In this document: one piece after another, positions 32,860-42,141 of the stretch
Position numbering within the stretch: the stretch's first letter is position 1
How the letters are laid out: each line of letters begins with the position of its first letter
NCBI GenBank assembly: GCA_037440625.1
Contig: JBBITT010000001.1
Coordinates: 133,913-197,912, forward strand
Source of the DNA: Chloroflexota bacterium
Lineage (GTDB): Bacteria > Chloroflexota > Anaerolineae > UBA4142
Direction: 5' to 3'
Length of the DNA stretch: 64,000 bases
Notes under the pieces: model-generated
Databases searched by the model: none
The model's input: only the letters and a program-made list of their open reading frames with translations
Told to the model about the DNA's origin: nothing
Program-made: the position numbers and the translations under genes

Positions 32860-34949
32860 TTAGCCGGTAATGCAAAATATTTTTCCACAATCTCGCGCAC
32901 AATCGGCGCGGCGGTGGTTGAACCTTCGCTGCCATGTTCCGCAAATACCACCACCGCGATCTTGGGCTGATCGGCAGGCGCATACGCGGCAAACCACGAA
33001 TGCGGCTCGCCAGTTTTGAGAACTTCGGCTGTCCCGGTTTTACCCGCGACTGTAATCTTGGATCCCTTGAACGCGTTGTATGCCGTACCATCTTTATCGG
33101 TCGTTACTCGCAACAGGGCTTGACGCAACGATGCCAACGTTCCCGCCGAAATCGGCAACTTGCCGCGCACTTCGGTGGGGAAAATTTTTTCGGTTCCGTC
33201 GGCAAGACTGCTGATCTTGGACACCAACTTGGGACGGTAGAGGGTTCCCCCATTCGCAATCGCCGCCATCATATCGGCGATTTGCAAAGGCGAGGCGAGT
33301 AAGGTGCCTTGACCGATGACAAGGTTGATTGGATCGCCGGGACGCCACACTCCTTGATTGGGATCGGGCACGATGCCGGGCGATTCGGCGATTTCGATGC
33401 CCGTTTCCGTGCCCAATCCAAAGGCGCGGGCAAAATTCGGTAACAAGTTGCGATCAATCTGATCGAGTTTTTGTCCCACCTGATAAAAGGTTACGTTGCA
33501 CGAAACCGTCAGCGCCATTGATAGCGAAAGAGTGCCGTGTCCTTTTTGGGTGAGGGGCCATGTCCAACAATATTTGCGAAAGTTGGGACCCAAGCCATCC
33601 CAATAGCCGGGGTCGTTAAACAACGTATTTGCCGACAGGCCGCCTTTTTCCAGAGCCGCCGCGTATGCAACGATCTTGAACACCGAGCCGGGGGGAAATG
33701 CGCTTTGCGCCGCGCGATTCACCAACGGATCACGTGGATCGTTGATGAGCGCACGAAAATCGGCGGCAGTCATTCGTTGCGATAACTTGTTGGGGTCCCA
33801 GGTTGGATGACTTGCCATCGCCAACACGTTGCCGTTCGAAACATCCATCACCACCGCCGCGCCGGTACGGTCGCCCAAGGCTTTTTCCACGATGGCTTGG
33901 ACGTCCACATCGAGCGTGGTGTAAATGTTCTGGCTTTGTTTTGCCGGAATATCGGCGAGCGTTGCGGTAATGACGCCGTTGGGTGAGAGGATGGTGAGTT
34001 TGCCGCCGCGCGTGCCGGCAAGGTATTGTTCGCCCCAGTACTCCAAGCCGGCTTTGCCGATGCGATCGCCTTCGCGGTATCCTTTGACTTGGAGGCGTTC
34101 CAGTTCTTCGGCATTCACTTGACCCACATAACCGATGACGTGAGCCGCCAGGGTGCCTTGCGGATATGTTCGAATCTCTTGCGTTTTGTCAATGCGAATC
34201 CCGGGCTGGCTCAACGCATCGAAATTCGCTTTGACTTGCTCCGGCGTCAGCGTGCCGATGGGGGTGCGCCAATCGCCGGGATATTTGCTGTACATCGCCT
34301 TGATCGCACTGATGGATTGGTTGAAGAGTTTGGAAAGCGTGAGCAGGACCGCATTCTCGTTCTTGAATTCTACGGGCACCACTTCGACAACGATGAGCGT
34401 TTGCGGTTGCGTAAACGGTTTGCTCTTGCGATCAAAAATATCCGCACGTGCCGAGACCAGGGGGAAAAATTTGACTGTCCCGCCGGCGGCAAGCGGCGGG
34501 AAAATCAAGCCGGGATTCCACAGCACACCCCAACGATTATTTTCCCGGCGCAAGAGCATCTTGTTATCGTGTTGCAAGTTGCCGACCGCGTACGTTTCCA
34601 TCGTAACAGTGTAGGTTACTTCGGCTTCGTTGCCTTCTTCGTGGACGGTGTTGACAACCGGTTTGACGGAGCGGATGGTGGCTTCTAACGTAATGTTCTG
34701 GTAGCGTGTAACGAATTGTTCGGCGGTGATCGTTTCCTGCCGGCTTGGCGCCAGCATTGTGTACATCGCGCTGTAATCGCCTTCGCTCCACGCTTTGAGA
34801 AACGCGCGCGCGGTATCTTCGGCAAAGACGACTGGCGTGGGCGTGGCAACGGGAGTCGGGGTGGAGTTACCGGGCAAGATACTACAGCCAACGATCAAGA
34901 GGAGGAGGGTGACGACGACCAGCGGGAGATATTTTAAAGTGTGCTTCAT
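32856..34949 (-). CDS. Penicillin-binding protein 2-type transpeptidase lipoprotein with NTF2-like N-domain
   Basis: Lipobox IVGC plus a PT linker. SVFK (SxxK) and KTGTA motifs. Confidence 0.85.
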   Translation of the reverse strand: MKHTLKYLPLVVVTLLLLIVGCSILPGNSTPTPVATPTPVVFAEDTARAFLKAWSEGDYSAMYTMLAPSRQETITAEQFVTRYQNITLEATIRSVKPVVNTVHEEGNEAEVTYTVTMETYAVGNLQHDNKMLLRRENNRWGVLWNPGLIFPPLAAGGTVKFFPLVSARADIFDRKSKPFTQPQTLIVVEVVPVEFKNENAVLLTLSKLFNQSISAIKAMYSKYPGDWRTPIGTLTPEQVKANFDALSQPGIRIDKTQEIRTYPQGTLAAHVIGYVGQVNAEELERLQVKGYREGDRIGKAGLEYWGEQYLAGTRGGKLTILSPNGVITATLADIPAKQSQNIYTTLDVDVQAIVEKALGDRTGAAVVMDVSNGNVLAMASHPTWDPNKLSQRMTAADFRALINDPRDPLVNRAAQSAFPPGSVFKIVAYAAALEKGGLSANTLFNDPGYWDGLGPNFRKYCWTWPLTQKGHGTLSLSMALTVSCNVTFYQVGQKLDQIDRNLLPNFARAFGLGTETGIEIAESPGIVPDPNQGVWRPGDPINLVIGQGTLLASPLQIADMMAAIANGGTLYRPKLVSKISSLADGTEKIFPTEVRGKLPISAGTLASLRQALLRVTTDKDGTAYNAFKGSKITVAGKTGTAEVLKTGEPHSWFAAYAPADQPKIAVVVFAEHGSEGSTTAAPIVREIVEKYFALPAK

Positions 34950-35008
34950 CTTTCACCTGCGCTGATTATAACCGAGTTGATGATAGCGTCAAACCGCATG
35001 CCTACCGA

Positions 35009-35036
35009 TTGACACGACGGGCAATCGGGTTAGAAT
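35009..35036 (+). promoter_or_regulatory. Candidate sigma-70 promoter for the HD gene
   Basis: TTGACA-16 nt-TAGAAT, 14 nt upstream of the ATG at 35051. Confidence 0.5.
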
Positions 35037-35050
35037 GCGCGCGGAGGTCA

Positions 35051-35635
35051 ATGATGAGTCAATTGGCAAAATACTTGCACGAGGTTGGCATGCTTAATGA
35101 AACGCCGCGCAGTGGTTTTGCCTTCTTGGGGACGGGGCAACAATCGGTCGCGGAGCATACGTATCGGATGATGCACGTGGCGTTTCTGCTGGCGCGGACC
35201 AGTGAGACGCCGGTGGATGAATTACGCTTGATGCGGCTGGTGATGTTTCATGATTTACCGGAAGCACGCACAGGCGATCACAACTATGTGAATCGAAAAT
35301 ATGTGATGGAAGATTTGGAAAAGGTTTTGGACGATGGCGCACGCGAATGGCCCTTTGGGGCCGAGATCGCTGCCTATGTCCGGGAGTTTGAAGCCGGCGT
35401 CACCCTCGAAGCGCAACTTGCCAAAGATGCCGATCAATTGGAATTGTTGTTGATGTTGAAGAAACTAGGCGACTTGGGCAATCCGCATGTGAGCGATTGG
35501 ATCACGCCACTTTTGGCGCGGCTCAAGACCGATGCCGGCAAACGCTTGGCGGAGGAGATTCTTGCCACGCGTTGGGACGAGTGGTGGTTCAATAACAAAC
35601 ATGACCCGCACTGGATCGAGGGGAAGAAGCGGTAA
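35051..35635 (+). CDS. HD-domain phosphohydrolase (YfbR-like 5'-deoxynucleotidase)
   Basis: SVAEHTYRM...MFHDLPEARTGD...AKDADQLE. GGAGG RBS at 35043-47. Confidence 0.75.
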   Translation: MMSQLAKYLHEVGMLNETPRSGFAFLGTGQQSVAEHTYRMMHVAFLLARTSETPVDELRLMRLVMFHDLPEARTGDHNYVNRKYVMEDLEKVLDDGAREWPFGAEIAAYVREFEAGVTLEAQLAKDADQLELLLMLKKLGDLGNPHVSDWITPLLARLKTDAGKRLAEEILATRWDEWWFNNKHDPHWIEGKKR

Positions 35636-35674
35636 AACTGATGCGACCACCTTGGTGTGTGTCGCATCAGTTTT
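35634..35674. terminator. Bidirectional intrinsic terminator
   Basis: AAAACTGATGCGAC / GTCGCATCAGTTTT: an 11-bp GC-containing stem flanked by A4 and T4, between convergent genes. Confidence 0.75.
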
Positions 35675-35676
35675 GT

Positions 35677-36525
35677 TCAGGCATCCTCAGGGTTCGGTTC
35701 TTCGATGGGGCGCGTGGTGGAATTGAGCATCTTGACTGCCTCTACGGGCAGGGTCGCGTTGGTCCCATCCTCAAACTGCACCGTAACGTTTTCCTTCAGC
35801 ACGTTCCGTGCAACCACACGCCCTATTCCACGCTCGGTCAACACACTCTCACCAATTCGCGGAATCCGTCCCTTGGCTGCTTGGTACGTTGGTTGTTCGT
35901 AGGCGAGACAGCACAACGGTCGCCCGCACAAACCGGTGGCGGCATTGGGACCCAGCGGCATATCCTGATCCTTTGCCATCTTGATCGTTGACTTGGGAAA
36001 CTCGCTCAAGAATTTTTCACAACAAATTTCTTGGCCACAGGGGGCTAGTCCCCCCACCAATTTCGCGCGGTCGCGGGGTCCAATTTGCCACAGTTCCACC
36101 CGCGCCGGAAAAATGACTGCTAGGTCTTTGACCAGCGCGCGGAAATCTACGCGCCCCTCTGCCGTGAAATAGAAGGTGAGGTGACTGCCATCAAAGTTAT
36201 ATTCCGCTTCCAACAAGCGCATTGGCAAATTGTGTTTTGCCACTTGCTCTTTGCATTGCGCCAAAGCCAGTGGTTCTTGCAAGCGCAATTCTTGCCATTG
36301 CGCTAGATCGAGCGCCGTCGCACGGCGCAGAATGGGACGCAGGGGGGTCTCGGAGGGGAATGATGCGCGGGGCGTGGGCGCAATGACCACCCGCGCGGCT
36401 TGACGACATTTATCGGTATCTACAATGACGTACTCGTTGATGACGAGATCGGAAAAATCAGTAGCATCGTAATAAACGATTTGAGGCACGCGCTTGATGC
36501 GTACGCCAGCAACTAGGACGGCCAT
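35677..36525 (-). CDS. ricT: PSP1-domain protein (YaaT/RicT-like)
   Basis: The cysteine cluster CGQEICCEKF...GLCGRPLCCLAYE marks the PSP1 domain. Position next to holB is classic. Confidence 0.75.
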   Translation of the reverse strand: MAVLVAGVRIKRVPQIVYYDATDFSDLVINEYVIVDTDKCRQAARVVIAPTPRASFPSETPLRPILRRATALDLAQWQELRLQEPLALAQCKEQVAKHNLPMRLLEAEYNFDGSHLTFYFTAEGRVDFRALVKDLAVIFPARVELWQIGPRDRAKLVGGLAPCGQEICCEKFLSEFPKSTIKMAKDQDMPLGPNAATGLCGRPLCCLAYEQPTYQAAKGRIPRIGESVLTERGIGRVVARNVLKENVTVQFEDGTNATLPVEAVKMLNSTTRPIEEPNPEDA

Positions 36526-36578
36526 GGGGCAAACTCCTATATCAACGGATTTTGTAGAGAGGGAGCATAATGCCCTCT

Positions 36579-37634
36579 TTACACTACCGGTAGATTTAAC
36601 AACAACACTTCGAGGGCAAGCCGCGCGTTGACGTTTTGAGTCAGATAACGCGCGGTCACCCGAATTGCCTGCAAGGTGTTTTTGATCTGGGCAAGGGAAT
36701 AGCGAGTGGCTTGCTCGTCCAACTGTGATTGGCGATCAACGTTGGTGATCCGAGCACTCTCGCCATGATGCACGAGCAGGACATCGCGCCACCAACCCAG
36801 CCACACGTCTAACAATTCCGGCAACTCGTCCGATTTTTTGGCGAGCGCTTCGGCGCGCAGCAATCGTTCGGCACGCCCTTCGGTCAAGGCGGTGTTCAAC
36901 GTATCGAGGTACTCACGGCGCGCGTTGAGCATGGTTGGGTTGGCGGCGGCACGCACCGCCCAACCCAAGCGACCGCCGGACAAGTGTGCCAACAAGCGCG
37001 CCGTCTCGTGATCTACTTGGCGTTCGACGAGCGCGGTTTCGATTTGCGCCGGGGTCAGCGGACGCAGCGCAAAAACTTGGCAACGCGAAGCAATCGTAGG
37101 CAAAAGCAAACTCGCATCGCGTGCCGTAAGAATGAGACGGGTGTGCGAGGGCGGTTCTTCGAGGGTCTTGAGAAAAGCGTTCGCCGCTTCTTCATTCGCT
37201 TCTTCAAAGCGACGCAAGATGACCACGCGCCAGCGTCCTTCAAACGGCGCGCGTGAGATATCGTGTTGCACGGCGCGAATCTGATCAATCTTGAGCATGC
37301 GGCGTTCCCAATCGTTTGCCCGGGGAGGTGGCGGTGGCGATTTCTCATCGAACTTGTAACCCACCGGCACCCCTTCGATGATTTGCACATCCGGATGCCG
37401 GTCGCGCGCGATTTTCTGACACGCTACACATTCGCCGCACGGATAAGTCGCACTGGGACAATTCCACGCTTGTGCCAAAGCACGCGCCAAGGTCGTCTTG
37501 CCGATGGCGTGCGGGCCCGTGAACAAGTACGCGTGCGTTGTGCGCTCGTTCACCAGACTGCTCGCCAAAGCGCGCACTGCCCACTCGTGCCCAACTAATC
37601 TCCAATCGGTTTTTACTTGACGCGTTGCCATCAC
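36579..37634 (-). CDS. holB: DNA polymerase III subunit delta'
   Basis: HAYLFTGPHAIGKTTLA, the zinc module CGECVACQKI, and ILRRFEEANEEAANAFLKTLEEPP. Confidence 0.85.
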   Translation of the reverse strand: MMATRQVKTDWRLVGHEWAVRALASSLVNERTTHAYLFTGPHAIGKTTLARALAQAWNCPSATYPCGECVACQKIARDRHPDVQIIEGVPVGYKFDEKSPPPPPRANDWERRMLKIDQIRAVQHDISRAPFEGRWRVVILRRFEEANEEAANAFLKTLEEPPSHTRLILTARDASLLLPTIASRCQVFALRPLTPAQIETALVERQVDHETARLLAHLSGGRLGWAVRAAANPTMLNARREYLDTLNTALTEGRAERLLRAEALAKKSDELPELLDVWLGWWRDVLLVHHGESARITNVDRQSQLDEQATRYSLAQIKNTLQAIRVTARYLTQNVNARLALEVLLLNLPVV

Positions 37635-37746
37635 CTTTATATTCTATCACGATTGCACGCCGCACACAAAATTTGAAATCTGCCAGAAATCAGGATATAG
37701 TGGAAAGTGGAGAGGTAGGGTATAGAGGGAAGACTTGAGGCGCAAT

Positions 37747-38679
37747 ATGGTTGAGCCGGCTTATCTCAAATTGCTCCAGACCGGCGAACTTGGCGAGCGG
37801 GTGCGTCAAGCGTACGAACATCTCACGCATTGCGATTTATGCGGGCATCATTGCGGCGTCAATCGGCGGGAGACGATCAAAGGGACCGTGTGCCGCACTG
37901 GCGAACGCGCGGTGGTCTCAAGTTTCCATCCGCACTTTGGCGAAGAAGCGCCGTTGGTTGGACGCGGTGGTTCTGGGACGATTTTCTTTGCATGGTGCAA
38001 CCTGCGTTGCGTGTTTTGCCAAAATTATGAAATTAGCCAACTCGGCGAAGGGAGCCAAGTTGAGCCAGAACACATCGCCGAAATGATGTTGCGCTTGCAA
38101 GCGATGGGGTGTCACAATATCAACTTGGTTAGCCCCAGCCACGTCGTCGCACCGATTCTGGCGGCAACACTCATCGCCGCGCAAGCCGGGTTGCGTCTCC
38201 CGCTCGTGTACAACACCGGCGGGTACGATTCGCTGGAAGCGTTGGCATTGCTCGATGGCATCATTGACATCTATATGCCCGATGTGAAATATGCCGAGGT
38301 AACCTTGGCGCGCCAGTATTCCAAGATTCGCGATTATCCGGCGATCAATCGCGCGGCGGTCAAAGAGATGCATCGTCAAGTGGGTGATTTGCAGATAGAC
38401 GAACAGGGGATTGCCACGCGTGGCTTGCTGGTGCGGCATCTGGTTTTGCCAAACGATCTTGCCGGTACACGTGAAACGCTCGCGTGGTTGGCAAAAGAAA
38501 TCTCACCGAACACGTATCTGAACTTGATGGATCAATATCGGCCCTGCTACAAAGCCAAAGAATATCCAGAACTCAATCGGCGGATCACGCGCGCGGAATT
38601 TGAACACGCGGTGCGCCTTGCGGATCAAGTTGGACTCACAAGATTAGATGAGCGTGTACCATTTCGGATGCTGTGGTGA
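37747..38679 (+). CDS. Radical SAM protein (PflX-like activase family)
   Basis: CNLRCVFCQNYEIS is the CxxxCxxC motif. ATG at 37747 (GAGG RBS) is preferred over TTG at 37735. Confidence 0.75.
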   Translation: MVEPAYLKLLQTGELGERVRQAYEHLTHCDLCGHHCGVNRRETIKGTVCRTGERAVVSSFHPHFGEEAPLVGRGGSGTIFFAWCNLRCVFCQNYEISQLGEGSQVEPEHIAEMMLRLQAMGCHNINLVSPSHVVAPILAATLIAAQAGLRLPLVYNTGGYDSLEALALLDGIIDIYMPDVKYAEVTLARQYSKIRDYPAINRAAVKEMHRQVGDLQIDEQGIATRGLLVRHLVLPNDLAGTRETLAWLAKEISPNTYLNLMDQYRPCYKAKEYPELNRRITRAEFEHAVRLADQVGLTRLDERVPFRMLW

Positions 38680-38702
38680 ACGGGGCGCGTCGCTCGGCGT
38701 GC

Positions 38703-39215
38703 TCATGACGACTTGCGATTTCTCCATTTTGCCAATGCTGCGCGATGCGTTTCAAACGCCAACATCTCGTCCGTGATTTCCGCCGGCGCAAAAAATTGCA
38801 CTTGGACGGAGTCACTCCCCGCGCGCATCGTCCCCCCGCTCACGCGCGCGGTGTACAACACGAGAACGCCCGATGTATCTTTGGGTTGATGATGAAACGA
38901 CCACACGCCCCACAAATCACCCAAGACTATTTCCAGACCGGTTTCCTCCCGGCATTCGCGGCGCGCCGCTTCTTCCACCGTTTCGTCAATCTCCATAAAA
39001 CCGGCGGGCAAACTCCACAACCCCTTGCCCGGATTTTCGCCACGCAAGACTAACGCAATCTTGCCATCGGCACGTTCCGCAATGACGCCCGCCGCAATGG
39101 GCGGATTGAGATAGACGATGAATCCGCACGCCGGGCAAACCGGGCGCCGGCGCTGATCTTCGACCGGGCGCATTTCTAACGTGTGCCCACATTGCGAACA
39201 GAATTTAGGTTGCAT
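38703..39215 (-). CDS. NUDIX hydrolase with N-terminal zinc ribbon
   Basis: CSQCGH...CPACG, and the Nudix box GFMEIDETVEEAARRECREETGLE. ATG at 39215 is preceded by AAGGAG. Confidence 0.8.
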   Translation of the reverse strand: MQPKFCSQCGHTLEMRPVEDQRRRPVCPACGFIVYLNPPIAAGVIAERADGKIALVLRGENPGKGLWSLPAGFMEIDETVEEAARRECREETGLEIVLGDLWGVWSFHHQPKDTSGVLVLYTARVSGGTMRAGSDSVQVQFFAPAEITDEMLAFETHRAALAKWRNRKSS

Positions 39216-39446
39216 ACGCTCCTTCAAAAAGGTGGGACAAATTTCAAATTTGTCCTACACGCGGTCCATTTTCATTCGACCGTTGATACGCTCTCGGCGA
39301 TTGAACGACGCCTTCGAAAAATAGAATACGACCAATGCCAATCACCAAATAGCCGCGCTTGCGCGTTGAGTCAATTCCTCTCCTTGGCTCTTGCATTCTA
39401 TTCTAGCCCGATCATTTGGCAAACAGAAACACCTTGCACAATCATT

Positions 39447-39475
39447 TTGCGCATCATCCCAATTTAAGGTATAAT
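39447..39475 (+). promoter_or_regulatory. Candidate sigma-70 promoter for the rmd-gmd operon
   Basis: TTGCGC-17 nt-TATAAT, ~30 nt upstream of the TTG start at 39505. Confidence 0.5.
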
Positions 39476-39504
39476 GCGCCCGACCTTTGACGAGGAGTTC
39501 ATCG

Positions 39505-40461
39505 TTGCGCGTCCTGATCACTGGAATGAACGGCTTTGCCGGCAGCCATCTTGCCGATTTCTTGTTGACCTTGCCCGAAACAGAAATCTACGGTGTGGGG
39601 GTGGGCAGTCAAGAGAATATCGCGCACCTTGCCGGGCGCGCAACGTTTTATCAAGCCGATCTCACCCAGCCCGATCTTGCCGAAGCGATCTTCACGCAAA
39701 CGCAACCCGATCGTGTGTATCACTTGGCGGGTCAGGCATTCGCACCGATTTCGTGGCAAGACCCCTGGGGCACCATCGAAATCAATTTGCGTGCCCAAGT
39801 CAATGTGCTGAACGCGATGGCGCGTCTTCATTCCTCGGCGCGCATCCTCGTGATCGGTTCGATTGACGAGTACGGTCGGGCGGAACCCAATGCGGTGCCC
39901 GTAACCGAAAACACGCCGTTTTGCCCGGATAGCCCGTACGGCGTGAGCAAAATCGCCCAAGATTTTTTGGGACTGCAATATTTTCTCAGCCATCATTTGC
40001 ACGTCATTCGAGTGCGTCCGTCCAATCACATTGGGCCGCGGCAGAACGAACAATTTGTAACATCGAACTTTGCCAAACAAATTGCAGAAATCGAAGCGGG
40101 CAAGCGGGAGCCCGTTTTGTATGTTGGCAACTTGACGGCCCAACGCGATTTCACCGACGTGCGCGATATGGTGCGTGCGTATCATCTCGCGTTGGAACGT
40201 GGCATCGCCGGCGAAGTGTACAACATCGGTAGTGAACGGGCGGTTGCCATTCACGCCGTCCTCCATCTCATGTTGCAATTCAGTCGAATGCCGATTCAGG
40301 TGCAACGCGACCCCGCGCGCTTTCGTCCTTCCGATACGCCGGTGATGTACTGCGATGCTTCAAAATTCCGCCGCCAAACTGGCTGGCACACGCTCATTCC
40401 TTTGGAACAAAGTTTGCACGATATTCTTGATTACTGGAGAGCCAAAGTAGGAACCGCATGA
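39505..40461 (+). CDS. rmd: GDP-4-dehydro-6-deoxy-D-mannose reductase (SDR)
   Basis: [21 protein letters not shown] and [17 protein letters not shown] at 39505 has GAGGAG 8 nt upstream. Confidence 0.65.
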   Translation: MRVLITGMNGFAGSHLADFLLTLPETEIYGVGVGSQENIAHLAGRATFYQADLTQPDLAEAIFTQTQPDRVYHLAGQAFAPISWQDPWGTIEINLRAQVNVLNAMARLHSSARILVIGSIDEYGRAEPNAVPVTENTPFCPDSPYGVSKIAQDFLGLQYFLSHHLHVIRVRPSNHIGPRQNEQFVTSNFAKQIAEIEAGKREPVLYVGNLTAQRDFTDVRDMVRAYHLALERGIAGEVYNIGSERAVAIHAVLHLMLQFSRMPIQVQRDPARFRPSDTPVMYCDASKFRRQTGWHTLIPLEQSLHDILDYWRAKVGTA

Positions 40462-41432
40462 AAAGAAAAGCATTGATCACAGGAGTTACCGGTCAGGACG
40501 GCAGTTATCTCGCCGAATATTTGCTTGAGCAGGGCTATCAAGTGATCGGCATGGTGCGCCGCACTTCCACCATCAATTTTGAACGCATCGCGAACATTCA
40601 AGACAAGATTACCATTGTGCAAGGCGATCTGCTGGATCAAGTATCGCTCATTGACATTATTCGTGAACATCGCCCCACCGAAGTGTACAATCTGGCTGCC
40701 CAATCGTTCATCCCCACCTCGTTCAAGCAACCGGTCCTCACCGGGGAGTTTACTGCGCTCGGGGTCACTCGGATGCTGGAAGCCATTCGCCTGGTTGATC
40801 CGGAAATTCGTTTCTATCAAGCCTCCTCCTCCGAAATGTTCGGCAAAGTGGTGGAGATTCCCCAACGCGAGACGACGCCGTTTCATCCGCGCAGCCCGTA
40901 CGGCGTCGCCAAAGTGTACGGGCATTGGATCACGGTCAACTATCGTGAATCGTACGATTTGTTTGCCGTCTCGGGCATTTTGTTCAATCACGAATCGCCA
41001 CGGCGCGGATTGGAATTTGTAACACACAAGGTGACGTACAATGCCGCCAAAATCGCGCTGGGTCTCGCCGATAAACTGCCAATGGGCAATCTGGATTCGC
41101 AACGCGATTGGGGCTGGGCTCCCGATTATGTGCGAATGATGCACCTGATGCTTCAACAAAACCAGCCGGAAGATTACGTCGTTGCCACGGGGCGCACCCA
41201 TTCGATCAGGCGCTTGTGTGAAGTGGCGTTCGCGTGCGTGGACTTGGATTGGCAACGCTACGTGTACGTGGATGAAGCGTTCTTGCGTCCCGCCGATGTG
41301 GATTTGTTGATTGGCGATGCCAGCAAAGCAAAACAAAAGTTGGGCTGGCAACCCTCCATCACCTTTGAAGAGATGATTCAAAAGATGGTGGAAGCCGACC
41401 TTGCGGCACTCAAGAAACAGTATCATTTGTAG
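40458..41432 (+). CDS. gmd: GDP-mannose 4,6-dehydratase
   Basis: [33 protein letters not shown] and [11 protein letters not shown]. The start overlaps the rmd stop (ATGA). Confidence 0.9.
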   Translation: MKRKALITGVTGQDGSYLAEYLLEQGYQVIGMVRRTSTINFERIANIQDKITIVQGDLLDQVSLIDIIREHRPTEVYNLAAQSFIPTSFKQPVLTGEFTALGVTRMLEAIRLVDPEIRFYQASSSEMFGKVVEIPQRETTPFHPRSPYGVAKVYGHWITVNYRESYDLFAVSGILFNHESPRRGLEFVTHKVTYNAAKIALGLADKLPMGNLDSQRDWGWAPDYVRMMHLMLQQNQPEDYVVATGRTHSIRRLCEVAFACVDLDWQRYVYVDEAFLRPADVDLLIGDASKAKQKLGWQPSITFEEMIQKMVEADLAALKKQYHL

Positions 41433-41819
41433 ATGAAGCCCCGTATTCGCTCGCGCATCAATCAAATTGTTCGTGCGCTCAAACCGTACAACCCCGAGCG
41501 CGTGATCCTGTTTGGTTCAGCCGCGCGCGGTGAGGCGGATCCGTATAGCGATATTGATCTTGTGGTCATCAAGAATACCCACGCCCGTTTTCTGGATCGG
41601 TTAGGGCAGGTGTACGATTTAATTCACGGGGATTTCGCGCTGGATGCACTCGTTTACACCCCTAAAGAATTTGCCGAGATGCAGGCGCGCGAAAATCCAT
41701 TGATCGAGCGCGTGTTAGCGGAAGGGATCATCATTTATGAAAGACCCAAAAGGCGAAGCCGCCAAGTGGTTCGCCCAAGCCGAGTACGATCTACGCGCCG
41801 CACAGACAAACGCGGATAA
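41433..41819 (+). CDS. MNT-type nucleotidyltransferase (putative antitoxin)
   Basis: LFGSAARGEADPYSDIDLVVI is the GSxxRG...DxD motif. The ATG immediately follows the gmd stop. Confidence 0.75.
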   Translation: MKPRIRSRINQIVRALKPYNPERVILFGSAARGEADPYSDIDLVVIKNTHARFLDRLGQVYDLIHGDFALDALVYTPKEFAEMQARENPLIERVLAEGIIIYERPKRRSRQVVRPSRVRSTRRTDKRG

Positions 41820-42141
41820 CGCGTTGTACGCGTATGCCTGCTTTATTGCACAGCAAGCGGCCGAAAAAGCACTCAAGGCATTTTTGTATGGGCAGGGTGA
41901 ACGCCTTGTCCTAGGACATTCGGTCGCAACCCTGTGTGGACGGGCGGCAAAATCAAGAAAGGAATTTGCTGCGCTCGTCCAGCAAGCCCGGCGTTTGGAT
42001 CGTTTTTACATCCCAACGCGTTATCCCAATGGCTTGCCCGATGGGATTCCGGCAGAAGCGTATGATGCGAGTGACGCCCAAGACGCGATTACGTTGGCAC
42101 AAGAATTCTGTAACACGGTTAAGAAATATTTGAATGTCTGA
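41737..42141 (+). CDS. HEPN-domain protein (putative toxin)
   Basis: WFAQAEYDLRAA, RLVLGHS (Rx4H) and YIPTRYP. Overlaps the MNT 3' end. The stop overlaps the glmM start by 8 nt. Confidence 0.75.
   Translation: MKDPKGEAAKWFAQAEYDLRAAQTNADNALYAYACFIAQQAAEKALKAFLYGQGERLVLGHSVATLCGRAAKSRKEFAALVQQARRLDRFYIPTRYPNGLPDGIPAEAYDASDAQDAITLAQEFCNTVKKYLNV

Noticed and set aside
35781-35793. 13-nt match (CCGTAACGTTTTC) to the heptamer operator
   Set aside because: It is a single heptamer inside the PSP1 coding region with no partner repeats at 11-12 nt. It is probably chance or codon-driven.
39183-39467. 94-aa plus-strand ORF in the NUDIX-rmd intergenic region
   Set aside because: It overlaps the NUDIX start. 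It has no RBS and a low-complexity sequence, and it sits upstream of the predicted rmd promoter.
39499-41465. 268-aa and 344-aa minus-strand ORFs
   Set aside because: They are antisense to rmd and gmd, whose products carry unambiguous SDR and dehydratase motifs. The antisense ORFs have no RBS or motifs.
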